This document shows positions 51,901-62,850 of a DNA stretch of 64,000 nt, piece by piece (the first letter of the stretch is position 1; each line of letters opens with the position of its first letter). This stretch comes from Octopus sinensis. Lineage: Eukaryota. The notes under the pieces are model-generated. The model was not told the DNA's origin, ran no database searches, and saw only the letters and a list, made by a program, of their open reading frames with translations. Position numbers and translations under genes: made by a program. The stretch lies in the NCBI RefSeq assembly GCF_006345805.1, contig NC_043007.1, positions 19,902,001 to 19,966,000 on the forward strand, given 5' to 3'.

Positions 51901-53029
51901 TAACTGGAAATAGAGCTGCTACTGTTACTAAGGTGACAGACCACTTTCTGTACTTAGAAGTTCATACACCAAACAACAACAGCTCCACTTTTGTCAGTTA
52001 ATTCGAGGACAGAGCCATATCAGCTCCATAGAGTTGACAGAATGCAGTGTTAAGATGTTTCTGCTATTCCAACAAATTGAACCAATCCAAGTCGAGGCAA
52101 CATTTTGCTGACAAAGAGATTTGTGGACTTACACGCACACAAATTAGGCATCCAGGTAAGCTAGAACCATGTGTTCTTGGTAAACTTGACAGAAATTGAG
52201 AACCACCACCAACTAAATCTAATGAAAGATACTCTCAATGTTTGGGTGTGTCTAGAACTTGTCTATTCTCTAGGTGAATGGGACAGCATGAAGATTGTAA
52301 AAATTAACACTTCCTTCTCCAAGCCTAGATTCAAAACCGAATCCAAGAATTCTCGGTCGTCCAAACCACGACAATCAACAGGCGCAAAAAAAAGGTTTTC
52401 TTTGTCCTGTCAAAAATTGTCCAATCAAAAAACAGACATTTTGCCATTTATAGATATAGAGATTTTAAGCAAACGTTTAGAAATTCTCTGGGAAACTGGA
52501 AAATCCAGAAATCTGGGACAGTTCCGGTCCTAAATTGGATAAATTGGTCTGGTACAGTATTGAGGTGTGATACATAACAAAGGGAGGGAAATGCAGAGTT
52601 TTAAAGAGTTATTTCCCTTGCTATGGTTTAATATCTTTAGATTAAACTGGTGGTATAAGTGAGTTACGTCCCTTGTATTAAAGACTTTTATTACCTGAAA
52701 TATATTTGATTTTTTTAATGGCTTTCAGGAGTAACTGGGGAAATGAAAAGATCTTCACAACCACCCTTGGACGGTTTTGAATGACCAAAGAAAGTGCAAG
52801 CCCTTTAACTGAAAAATTGTGGATTTGTATAAAGGATACACACACACACATTTTGCCATTTATATATAGAGAGATAGCCAAAGATGTATAATTAATTGAA
52901 AATGCTTTATTCACAATGTTTCCACATTTACAGAATTTGTCACATGACCAATATCCATTTACAGAATTTGTTTACATAGTTCTTACACGGCAACAAACTG
53001 CAAAGGTCACGGGGAGCATTGCTTCTTTT

Positions 53030-53051
53030 TTTATTTATTTATATATTTATT
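53030..53051 (-). promoter_or_regulatory. Candidate RNase T2 polyadenylation signals (clustered AATAAA on -)
   Basis: tttatt at 53030-53035, 53034-53039 and 53046-53051, about 600 nt past the stop codon. Confidence 0.45.
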
Positions 53052-53634
53052 TAAAAAAATTTTTTTCAAACTTTAGCTGGAATTAATTGAACTCTGCCGG
53101 AGCTCAAATAAAAGACATGTAATTAAGAAAAGATAACGAATGTGAGCAAATTTGCTAATCAAACCAAATCACTTGAGACAATTTCTGGTTCTTTGATATA
53201 AAAAGCATCAATTTCCTTAGTATCCAGATTTAAATTAATCTGGAAATATACCTAATTTAAATATTAAGTATATTTCCAGGCTTAAATTAAGTTCTCCATT
53301 AGAATTTTATGCAAGAATCTTTCCTTATGTTATGCTCCAAACATTAGCTAACACTAATTTAATATAGAAATCAAATAAAAGTTAATTATTATATTAAATA
53401 CAACCAAATTCTTGACTATTTTCGAAATTATTAGAAGCACAAAGAACAAAGATATATTTTATATTAAGTATTGTCATGAAATGCTTAAAGCACAAGATAA
53501 CCTGTTTCAGTCATTGGACTGCAACGATTAAATCTCTCGCTAGAAATGCAAACTGAAAGATGAAACATTGAAAAAATAATATATTAATTTAAAGACTATC
53601 GTTTGGTTGCCAGACATCGTTACATCCTGATAGC

Positions 53635-53844
53635 TCATGATAGCCAGAAAGGGACAAGAAGAAAAAGAAGTGCAAAAAGAAGAGGCTGAATGCTTCCAAG
53701 ATGCAGAGCGTGCATACTTCGGCTTCCACTGGGAAGGTATTTCACTTGGCCACTTCGCTTACAGTTCCCATATGGTCTATGGCAGTTGATTGGTCGAAAG
53801 TTCAAGTCCAAGCAAATCCTACTTTCAGTAATGTAGGCCTTTTT
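53635..53844 (-). CDS. RNASET2: RNase T2-family terminal exon with hydrophobic C-terminal extension (KKAYITESRICLDLNFRPINC...VKYLP-SGSRSMHALHLGSIQPLLFALLFLLVPFWLS*)
   Basis: Acceptor ttttcttatatcttcag|; 210 nt to TGA; E.RICLD..F....C is the RNase T2 C-terminal motif. Upstream exons (signal peptide, CAS I) were not found in the window and presumably lie beyond 64000. Confidence 0.88.
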   Translation of the reverse strand, partial: KKAYITESRICLDLNFRPINCHRPYGNCKRSGQVKYLPSGSRSMHALHLGSIQPLLFALLFLLVPFWLS

Positions 53845-54397
53845 CTGAAGATATAAGAAAATATATATACAAAACATATTATTCAGTTCATAAACACTTT
53901 AAGGAGGTCGCAAGTATACTTACATACATGTGTATGTGTGTGCGTGTATAAATATATATACATACGAGCAAAACGCCTCCCCATCCAATGGACGGTGCTG
54001 AGTTGTTAAACATTTAAACCAAATTTTCTTAAAACAACTTGTCCGACCGTCCCATAGGCCTCCCCTTTGAGAAACACTGATTTAACCTAAATTTGGGACA
54101 CCAGCAAAAGAAGAAATAAAGATAGACTTTTTTTTCTATTCCAAAGAAAAATGATTTCCCACAGCTTTATCGATCGCATTCTTACCTGGAATCGATTTTT
54201 GTAATTTTTTCAAGACTTCTACATGCCCTGATACCGTCAGTATCTACATATCAAATTTGAGTGCAATCGGATGGAGGATGCCCGAGATCCGAGAAGACAC
54301 ACACAGAGACAGACAGAGCAGATTTTATATAAGAGATAATAATAATAATAACAATATAAAAATATATATGCATACATACACATATATATATATATAC

Positions 54398-54448
<51 letters not shown>

Positions 54449-55903
54449 TATATATAGATATATATCATCATCATCATCATCATCATCATTTAACGTCCGC
54501 TTTCCATGCTAGCATGGGTTGGACGGTTCAACTGGGGTCTGAGGAGCCCGAAGGCTGCACCAGGCCAGTCAGATCTGGCAGTGTTTCTACAGCTGGATGC
54601 CCTACCTAACGCCAACCACTCCGAGAGTGTAGTGGGTGATTTTATGTTCCACCGACACATGTGCCAGACGGGGCTGGCGAACGGCCACGCTCGGATGATT
54701 GATTGATTGATTGATTCTAGTTTCAGCTTATGAGCTGTGGCCATGCTGGGGCACCGCCATTTGGTGTTGCTACTTGGTTTCACTTCATGGAGGCTTTCTA
54801 GCAACTGCTATTTGGTGCATGAGAGAGTTCGATGCAGCTGCCCTCATCTGCCCCTCCTGCCTTGAAGTTGGTTCATCTGGGACACCTGACAGGAAGAGAT
54901 CCAGCTTCATTTTAATGGTGTTTTTTTTTTTTTTTTTCATGTGCCACCGACACAGTGCCAGACGAGGCTGGCAGACGGCCACGCTCGGATGGTGTTTTTA
55001 TGTGCCACCGACACAGGTGCCAGATGAGGCTGGCGAACGGCCACGATCGGATGGTGTTTGTTACGTGCCCACAGCACGGAGGCCAGTCGATATATATATA
55101 TATATATATATATAGATATATATATATACATACATATATTTGTATATACATGCATATATGGATACAGGACACCACGGAACGTAAACAACATAAAATATAA
55201 AAACATGGAATAAGAATTTTTTTTGCGAACAACGAAAGAAACAAACAGAAAACAATACAAGCAACACGAAAAACGATCCTTCATCACTTTTCGGCTGTTT
55301 TTCTACTTTGTATTTCGAGCAATTTGCAACAATGATATGGTTTCGACATAACAGTTGCTCCTGTAAAGCAAATTAAATAAAATTTGGGATTTTGTGAAGG
55401 GTCAAAAATAGTAACAAAAACAAGACAGTGTATATATTTATATCATCATCATCATCATCATCATTTAACGTCCGTTTTCCATGCTAGCATGGGTTGGACG
55501 GTTCGACTAGGGTCTGGTAAGCCATGGAGGCTGCACCAGGCTCTAGTCTGTTTTGGCAGTGCGGTACTAGCAATGACCTCGCTCGAATCTTTTACACATG
55601 CCACCGGCACAGGTGCCAGTAAGGCGACATTGGTAATGATCACACTTGAATGGTGCCCTTTTACGTGCCACTGGCACGGAAGCCAGTTTGCTGCTCTGGC
55701 AACGATCACGCTCGGATGATGCTCTTGGCACCCTACTAGCATGGGCACAGGTGCCAGTAAGGTGACGTTGGTAACGATCACGCTCGAATGGTGCCCTTTT
55801 ACGTGCCACCGGCACGGAAGCCAGTTGGCTGCTAAAACGCATTTAAATGTTAAAAGATCAAACAGTTGTCAACTTTATAAATAACATAGGGTTCTCAGCT
55901 TAC

Positions 55904-55975
55904 ATCTTTCGTCTTGCAACTCAGGTTAACTGTGACACCATATGCCCTTTCCAAAGCTTGTTTTATGTCAGATAC
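55904..55975 (-). CDS. RNASET2: RNase T2-family exon (VSDIKQALERAYGVTVNLSCKTKD)
   Basis: Acceptor ttttgtttgtag|, donor |gtaagc; 72 nt, phase 0-0; matches DI..AL...YG.....C; contains an NLS N-glycosylation sequon. Confidence 0.9.
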
Positions 55976-57070
55976 CTACAAACAAAATTAACAATACTAT
56001 CAGTATAAACGATGGCAAGACCAACAGCAACAACAATAAAAATACAAGAACGAAAGAATAAAGAGTTTTTTTTTTGTTTTTTGTTTGTTTACATCAATGC
56101 AAAGATATTTCATTTGTGAAACAAATTTAACCCTTTAGCATTTAATCCGGCCATATCCGGCCCAAATAATCCATCTGTTTTATGTTAAAACTGTCTGGAT
56201 CCAACCTCTCACACCTACCCTACAATGTCATTTTAAAAATATATAGCCACACCATTTAAATTTTGAAGCTGCAAAATAATATGTGATTAATTCAAAAACA
56301 GTATGGATAAATAAGCAATAAATTTCACAAAGAAATCTGAATGCTAAAGGGTTAATTAACTGAACACTAGCAAATGGTTAATTTTTTTTATTTTATTGAC
56401 CACTGTGAATGATGGCTAGGAATGTCAACCACTGCTTGACTCCATGTCATCATCATCATCATGATCGTTTAATGTCCACCTTCTATATTGGCATGGGTGG
56501 GACGGTTTGACAGGAGCCGGCCAGGCAGAGGCCTGCAACAGACTTCTGAGACTGTTTTGGCAGGATTTTTACAGCTGGATGCCCTTCCTAACACCACCTG
56601 TCCAGCAGAGTGGACTTTGTGCTTTTTACATAGCACAAGCACAGGTGAGGTCAGTTTTGGAAAGGTTTTTACAGCAGGATGCCCTTCCAAATGCCAACCA
56701 CTTCACAGTGTGGACTGGATGCTTTCGAAGTGGTCCCTGCACTGACAGGATCACCAAGTACCTTGCAAGACAAAAAAAAAATCTTTTGAAAGGGGAGAGG
56801 GTCATTAAAGGAAGCGATCCTGTCAGATGATGAAATTTGCCTCTAAATGTTGATTTCCAATTTTGGCACAAGGCCAGCAAATTCAAGGGCGGTGGGTAAG
56901 TCAATTACAGTGACCCTTTTGTTCAACTGGTACTTAGTTTTTATCAACCCTGAAAAGATGAAACACAAACTCAACCCCAGGAAAATTTGAACTCGGAACA
57001 TAAAGACAGACAAAATACCACTAGGCATTTTACCTAACACAGTAATGGTTCTTCTAGCTGGCTGCTTTAA

Positions 57071-57892
57071 CCCTTTTCATACCAAACCAACTGAAACTGC
57101 CTCTGGCTCTGTAGTACAAATGTCTTGTTTTCAAAAGTTTTCAATTAAAATCTTCTGCCAAACCTTAGTCACAATTTATGTTCCTAACTTAATGATAATG
57201 AAATTATGTTACTAAATTCTTTGTAATAGTTAAAATTAATTGAAAGAAACACAGAGCATCTCAAAATAAATACTGTAACGAAAGGGTTAAGAAGGAAAAT
57301 AATCAGCAGAAGACATAAGAGAAGGAGACCTCAATGTGGTCACTCTATTTGCTAGAAATAATAGCCTAAATTTCCTTCAATCCACACCCTTCCAATTACT
57401 TCTAATGTGCATCTGCCCAAATGTAGAGGTACGTTTAACCTTTTTGTTACCAACCAGACTGGAACCATCTCTGGATCTGACTAGAAATATCTTATTTTCA
57501 TAAGTTTTTAATTAAAATCTTCCACCAAACCTTAGTCCTAATTTATGTTCCTAACACTAGTTTAATGATAATGAAGTTATTTTACTAAATTCTTTAAAAT
57601 TAATTGAAAGAAACCCAGAGCATCTCAACAGAAATATGGGAACCAAAGAATTAGCAAATGATTAATTTAACCCTTTGGATACCAACTTGTCTGAAACTGC
57701 CTCTGGCTCTATAGTACAAATATCTTGTTTTCATAAGTTTTGAATTAAAGTCTTGCACCAAATCTTAGTCACAATTAATGTTCCAGACACTAGCTGAATG
57801 ACAACTAAGTTATTTTACTAAATTCTTTGTTATATTTAAAATTAATTGAAAGAAACTCAGAGCATCTCAACAGAAATATGGAAACAAAGGGG
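57071..57892. mobile_element. Three piggyBac-like TTAA MITEs (57071-57286, 57439-57650, 57671-57892); more at 60233-60453 and 60510-60731; a related family at about 56130-56352
   Basis: TTAA flanks, CCCTT/AAGGG termini, ~220-bp conserved body. Confidence 0.88.
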
Positions 57893-58232
57893 TTAAGGTG
57901 CCTCTAAATATAATATGTTATTAGTGTGGCATAATTGCTTCTAATGAACCGGAATGAATAATGAATACTGCTGAAAGTAAATCAAAAGTGAACAATAAGT
58001 ATTTGTGAGATTGTTGAATATACACGGTTGAGTGAGTTGGAGACCAAAGAACAGAGAACAGAGAAAAACACTGCCATATGTTGGACTATAGAAAGAAAAT
58101 AGAAATAATTAAAGCAAATGCGATCAAGATGTATTCATGTGGAAACGAGACTGGAAATTCAATCATCTGAATAAACACGTAGAAGAGTATGGTGTTTATG
58201 AGCCAGGCTGTGCTGTATATTTATATGTGTAT

Positions 58233-58267
<35 letters not shown>

Positions 58268-58335
58268 CATATATTTATATGTATATAGTTATATATATAT
58301 ATATCTATATGTACATATGTATATAGTTATATATA

Positions 58336-58405
<70 letters not shown>

Positions 58406-58485
58406 GTATATGTATATATGTGTGTATGTATATCGCTAGCCACTAAGCCTTTCTCTATTTTCTCTCCCTGTTTATTTCTGTGTTC

Positions 58486-58521
58486 CTTTCTGTCGAAGAG
58501 CGTAGGCTCGAAACGTAAAAG
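58486..58521 (+). ncRNA. Minimal hammerhead-like motif with variant core CUGUCGA in a Penelope-like repeat (58430-58620)
   Basis: CUUU-CUGUCGA-A-GAGC(GUAG)GCUC-GAAAC-GUA-AAAG; sister copies at 45639-45674 (-) and 23818-23852 (-). Confidence 0.5.
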
Positions 58522-59198
58522 ACTTTCTCACTTCCCGAGCGTTAAACTAATACATCTGTTTGTTGTTTACACACGCGTCTTTGTCTTTTGCTTTTTTTTT
58601 TTTGTAAATTCTCACTATATAAAGAGGAAGAAGAGGATGTTAGTTCATAGACGGGAAAGCAGCAGTGGCTATGAGAGATGACGGGAGCAACAAGTGGATT
58701 GTAATCATCATCAGCAGCAGCACTGCCACCACAACCATCATCACCATCAACACCACCATCACCATCAACACCACCATCACCATAACATCATCATCATCAT
58801 CACCATTTTAATGACCACAGAATTTATCAAAGAGGATTATCTACATCCTGTCACCACCCCTCACCTGTTCCCCACCCCCACCCCTCATGGCCAGACATGT
58901 TTTCATGGAAGACTGGAAAGGAAGGACACTGCTTATATGACAGTGCTTCCTGTATACAACTATCACACGATGTCAAAATAAAGAAACAGTGACACACATA
59001 CCACACAGAAGCTTCCACACAATTTCCATCTACCAAATCCACTCATAAGGCTTTGGTTGGCCTGGGGATATAGAAGAAGACTCTTGTCCCAGGTGCCATT
59101 CAGTGGGACTGAACCCAAGGCCGTATGGTTGGGAAGCCTTTTACCCATGCTGACATGAGTTGGACAGTTTGACAGGAACCAACAAGATAGAGAATTAC

Positions 59199-59824
59199 GG
59201 TGAGCTGGCAGAAGCATTAACGCACCAGGAGAAATACTTAGCAGTATTTCATCTGTCTTTACATTCTGAGTTCCAATTCCGCCAAGGTCAACTTTGCCTT
59301 TCATCCTTTCGGGGTTGATAAATTAAGTACCAGTGAAACACTGGGGGGGTCGATCTAATTGACTCGCCCCTCCCCCCAAATTTCGGGCCTTGTGCCTAGA
59401 GTAGAAAAGAATGTATATGAAGGAAGTGAGCTGGCAGAAACGTTAGCATGCAGGGTGAAATGCTTAGCAGTATTTTGTCTGTCACTACGTCCTGAGTTCA
59501 AATTCCGCCGAGGTTGACTTTGCCCTTCATCCCTTCGGGGTCGATTAAATAAATACCAGTTACGCACTGGGGTCGCTGTAATCGACTTAATCCGTTTGTC
59601 TGTCCTTGTTTGTCCCCTCTGTGTTTAGCCCATTGTGGGTGGTAAAGAAATACGTATTTCGTCTGTCTTTATGTTCAGAGTTCAAATTCCACCCAGGTCG
59701 ACTTTGCCTTTCATCCTTTCGGGTCGATAAATTAAGTACCAGTTGCATACTGGGGTAAATCTAATCTACCCGCCCCCCCCGCCAAAAAAAATTTCAGGCC
59801 TTGTGCCTAGAGTAGAAAAGAATT
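59199..59824 (+). mobile_element. Cluster of 3-4 nested or tandem SINE B copies (two tail variants)
   Basis: Repeated gagctggcagaa heads and gcctttcatcctttcggg cores. Confidence 0.8.
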
Positions 59825-60077
59825 ACACCGAGCTCCAGTATCTACTTTGATATGATTTTTAATGCTAGGTGAGGGTTTTTTATTGGGGGGGGTTATATTG
59901 GCATACATTTATGCAAATTGAAACTAACGGATGCATGAAGAAATATAAAATAAAAATAATAATAATAATAAAAAAATAGGTAACTGATAAAGAAAAACAA
60001 GCTATGAATGGGATTGAACCCAGATTCCTCAGTTACCAACCAAAAGCTTTTATTATTTAATCTTGGAAACCACTAAC

Positions 60078-60126
60078 CTTGTACAATTTATCATACGATG
60101 GAACAATGTTACTTTTCTTCAGAGCT
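60078..60126 (-). CDS. RNASET2: RNase T2-family exon (ALKKSNIVPSYDKLYK)
   Basis: Acceptor tttccttatgttgcag|, donor |gttagt; 49 nt, phase 2-0; matches the L...gI.PS....Y motif. Confidence 0.9.
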
Positions 60127-61060
60127 CTGCAACATAAGGAAACTGTATAAGATCACTTACATTTAAATAGCAATCCCTAAAAATCATAACAAGTCAAAAT
60201 ATTTTCTCAAAAGTGGATGCTTGAGGGATTAACCCTTTCGTTACCAACCCGGCTGAAACTGGCTCTGACTCTGTAGTACAAATGTCTTGTTTTCATAAGT
60301 TTTCAATTAAAATCTTCCACCAAACCTTAGTCACAATTTATGTTCCTAACACTAGCTGAATGATAACTAAGTTATTTTACTAAATTCTTTGTTATATGTA
60401 GAATAATTGAAAGAAACACAGAGCATCTCAACAGAAATATGGGAACAAAAGGGTTAAAAGCACTCATACTGGTGCCATGTAGAAAGCACTAGTGATGGTG
60501 CCACATTAACCCTTTTGATATCAACCCAGCTGAAACCGGCTCTGGCTTTGTAGTACAAATGTCTTGCTTTCATAAGTTTTGAATTAAAATCTTCCACCAA
60601 ACCTTAGTCACAATTTATGTTCTTAACACTAGCTGAATGATAAACTAAGTTATTTTACTAAATTCTTTGTTATATGTAGAATAATTGATAGAAACACAGA
60701 GCATCTCAAAATAAATATGGTAAAGAAAGGGTTAAAACAGTGAGTTTGGATCATAGAAGCTGAAGCAGTCTCAGACAAGTTAGTATCAAAAGGGTTGATT
60801 CTCTTCTTCAGATATATTTCCACTGATATTGGCTTTCCTTTAGTGGGTGGATGGGTGGATGGACAGATGGATAGATTGATGTACAGATACCACTATTATC
60901 TACCCCAGCACTTCTTCAACTTTTCTAGTTCAGGACCCCATTTTACATCATGAGATTTTTTGCGCCACCCGGAATTCAATATAAAATAAAACATACAAAA
61001 TCAGAAATATTAAATTTCTAAATATCTCATAGAGATATGTACGCTGGTGGGACGATAGAG

Positions 61061-61294
61061 TGGTTGTATACTGTCAATTTAATGTGACGGTAGGGGATTA
61101 CACAACCGCTGTTTAGCCCTAGGAAGCATCGACGCCTCCTGATGGCTTCGACACATTTTTTTTCCCCTTCGTAAATATATAAGGACACAGGAAAAAAAAA
61201 GTGTTGAAGCCATTAGGAGGCGTCGATGCTTCCTAGGGCTAAACAGCGGTGGTGTAATCCCCTACTGTCACGTTAAATTGACAGTATACAACCA
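61061..61294. repeat. Inverted repeat, ~105-bp arms, ~24-nt loop (MITE-like; no clear TSD)
   Basis: tggttgtatactgtcaatttaa...gaagcatcgacgcctcct versus its reverse complement at 61190-61294. Confidence 0.9.
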
Positions 61295-61405
61295 TTCAAA
61301 ACATACAAATAAATATATAAATCATTTATTTTTTTGCTAAACAAAATAGTTATATTATTCGTCAAGATAAAAGTAGTTTTAGGCTTTGTATGTTTGTGAA
61401 ATTGT

Positions 61406-61785
61406 GGAGGCGCAATGTCCCAGTGGTTAGGGCAGCAGACTCGTGGTCGGAGGATCGTGGTTTCGATTCCCAGACCGGGCATTGTGAGTGTTTATTGAGT
61501 GAAAACACCTAAAACTCCACGAGGCTCCGGCAGGGGATGGTGGTGAACCCTGCTGTACTCTTTCACCACAACTTTCTCTCGCTCTTTCTTCCTGTTTCTC
61601 TTGTACCTGTATTTCAAAGGGCCAGCCTTGTCACACTCTGTGTCACGCTGAATCTCCTTGAGAACTACGTTAAGGGTACACGTGTCTGTGGAGTGCTCAG
61701 CCACTTGCACGTTAACATCACGAGCAAGCTGTTCCGTTGATCGTATCAGCTGGGACCCTCATCGTCAAAACCGACGGAGTGCTTC
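61406..61785 (+). mobile_element. SINE family C
   Basis: As 40540-40930. Confidence 0.88.
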
Positions 61786-61943
61786 TATTTAAGAGAGCAA
61801 AAAGGTAAAAAAGGTATGTTTGTGAAATAACACACAAGTGTTTGAATTTAATTTTTGCAAACCCAAATGGGGTCATGTCCCATAGTTTAAGAAGTACTGA
61901 TTTACACTAAACCCCAAAAAATAACAGGTTTGTTTTCACATAC

Positions 61944-62057
61944 CGGAAAATGTCGAGTTGGTTGTTCAAATCAAGGGCTTTTTTGAAGTAAGTAGACTCT
62001 GGAATCATCATTCCTTGCCTTGCGGCACATTTACCATGCTTCTTCCACTCATGCTTC
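61944..62057 (-). CDS. RNASET2: RNase T2-family exon with CAS II active-site motif (W-KHEWKKHGKCAARQGMMIPESTYFKKALDLNNQLDIF-R)
   Basis: Acceptor cttttattctag|, donor |gtatgt; 114 nt, phase 2-2; HEWxKHGxC is the RNase T2 catalytic segment II. Symbol is a family-level call; could be a paralogue. Confidence 0.93.
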
Positions 62058-62174
62058 CTAGAATAAAAGAGAGAAAAAGAGTGAATTCGAAAGACTAAGT
62101 CAGTGATTAAAACTTTGTGCTCAAAAACAATCAAATTTCCCTGTAATTCCACCAAACCATCTTAGAAAAGGACA

Positions 62175-62574
62175 TACTCTTTACTCTCTTTTACTTGTTT
62201 CAGTCATTTGACTGTGGCCATGCTGGAGCACCGCCTATAGTCGAGCAAATCAACCCCGGGACTTAATCTTTGTAAGCCCAGTACTTATTATATCGGTCTC
62301 TTTTGCCGAACCGCTAAGTAACGGGGACGTAAACACACCAGCATCAGTTGTCAAGGGGGACAAACACACACACACACATACATACACACACATATATATA
62401 TACATATATACGACAGGCTTCTTTCAGTTTCCGTCTACCAAATCCACTCACAAGGCATTGGCCGGCCCGAGGCTATAGCAGAAGACACTTGCCCAAGGTG
62501 CCACGCAGTGGGACTGAACCCGGAACCATGTGGTTGGTTAGCAAGCTACTTACCACAAAGCCACTCCTGCGCCT
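62175..62574 (-). mobile_element. SINE family A
   Basis: Reverse complement of the family consensus. Confidence 0.9.
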
Positions 62575-62850
62575 GAAGAATTATGTACATTATTTACATT
62601 CGATGGATATTTGTCCTCATCTTGTTTGTTGTCAACACAACGTTTCGGCTGATATACCCTCCAGCCTTCATCAGGTGTCTTGGGGAAATTTCGAACCTGG
62701 GTTCTAATTCCTAAGGTATTTTTCGATGTTGTTGTTGTTGCTGTTGCTGCTGCTGTTGTTGTTGTTGTTGTCATTATTCAGGTCACTACCTGGAATCAAA
62801 CTCGGAATCTTGGGGTCAGTAGCTCGCGCTCTTAACCACTACGACATATG
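62575..62850 (-). mobile_element. tRNA-headed SINE-like element carrying a hammerhead motif, with an inverted partial copy at 62848-62939
   Basis: Head 62845-62781 (TAGTGGTTAAG A-box-like, GAGTTTGATTCC B-box-like), (CAA/CAG)n linker, then the hammerhead and an AT-rich tail. Confidence 0.75.
62634..62679 (-). ncRNA. Minimal type I hammerhead ribozyme motif
   Basis: GACAC-CUGAUGA-A-GGCUG(GAGGGUAUAU)CAGCC-GAAAC-GUU-GUGUU; intact core, 5-bp stems I and II, palindromic ACGU in place of stem III. Confidence 0.7.

Noticed and set aside
51880-51935. Faint RNase H-like string (G.RG/ITGNRAA..TK)
   Set aside because: Requires a frameshift, is short and has no supporting RT context.
58694-58981. His-rich ORF
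   Set aside because: (CAT/CAC)n microsatellite running into an RTE tail and SINE fragments, antisense within an RNase T2 intron.
60161-60176. Possible 16-nt micro-exon of RNase T2 (tttttag|...|gtaagt)
   Set aside because: It would leave a 34-nt intron and shift the frame to an early stop. Kept only as an unlikely poison-exon candidate; RNA-seq junctions would decide.
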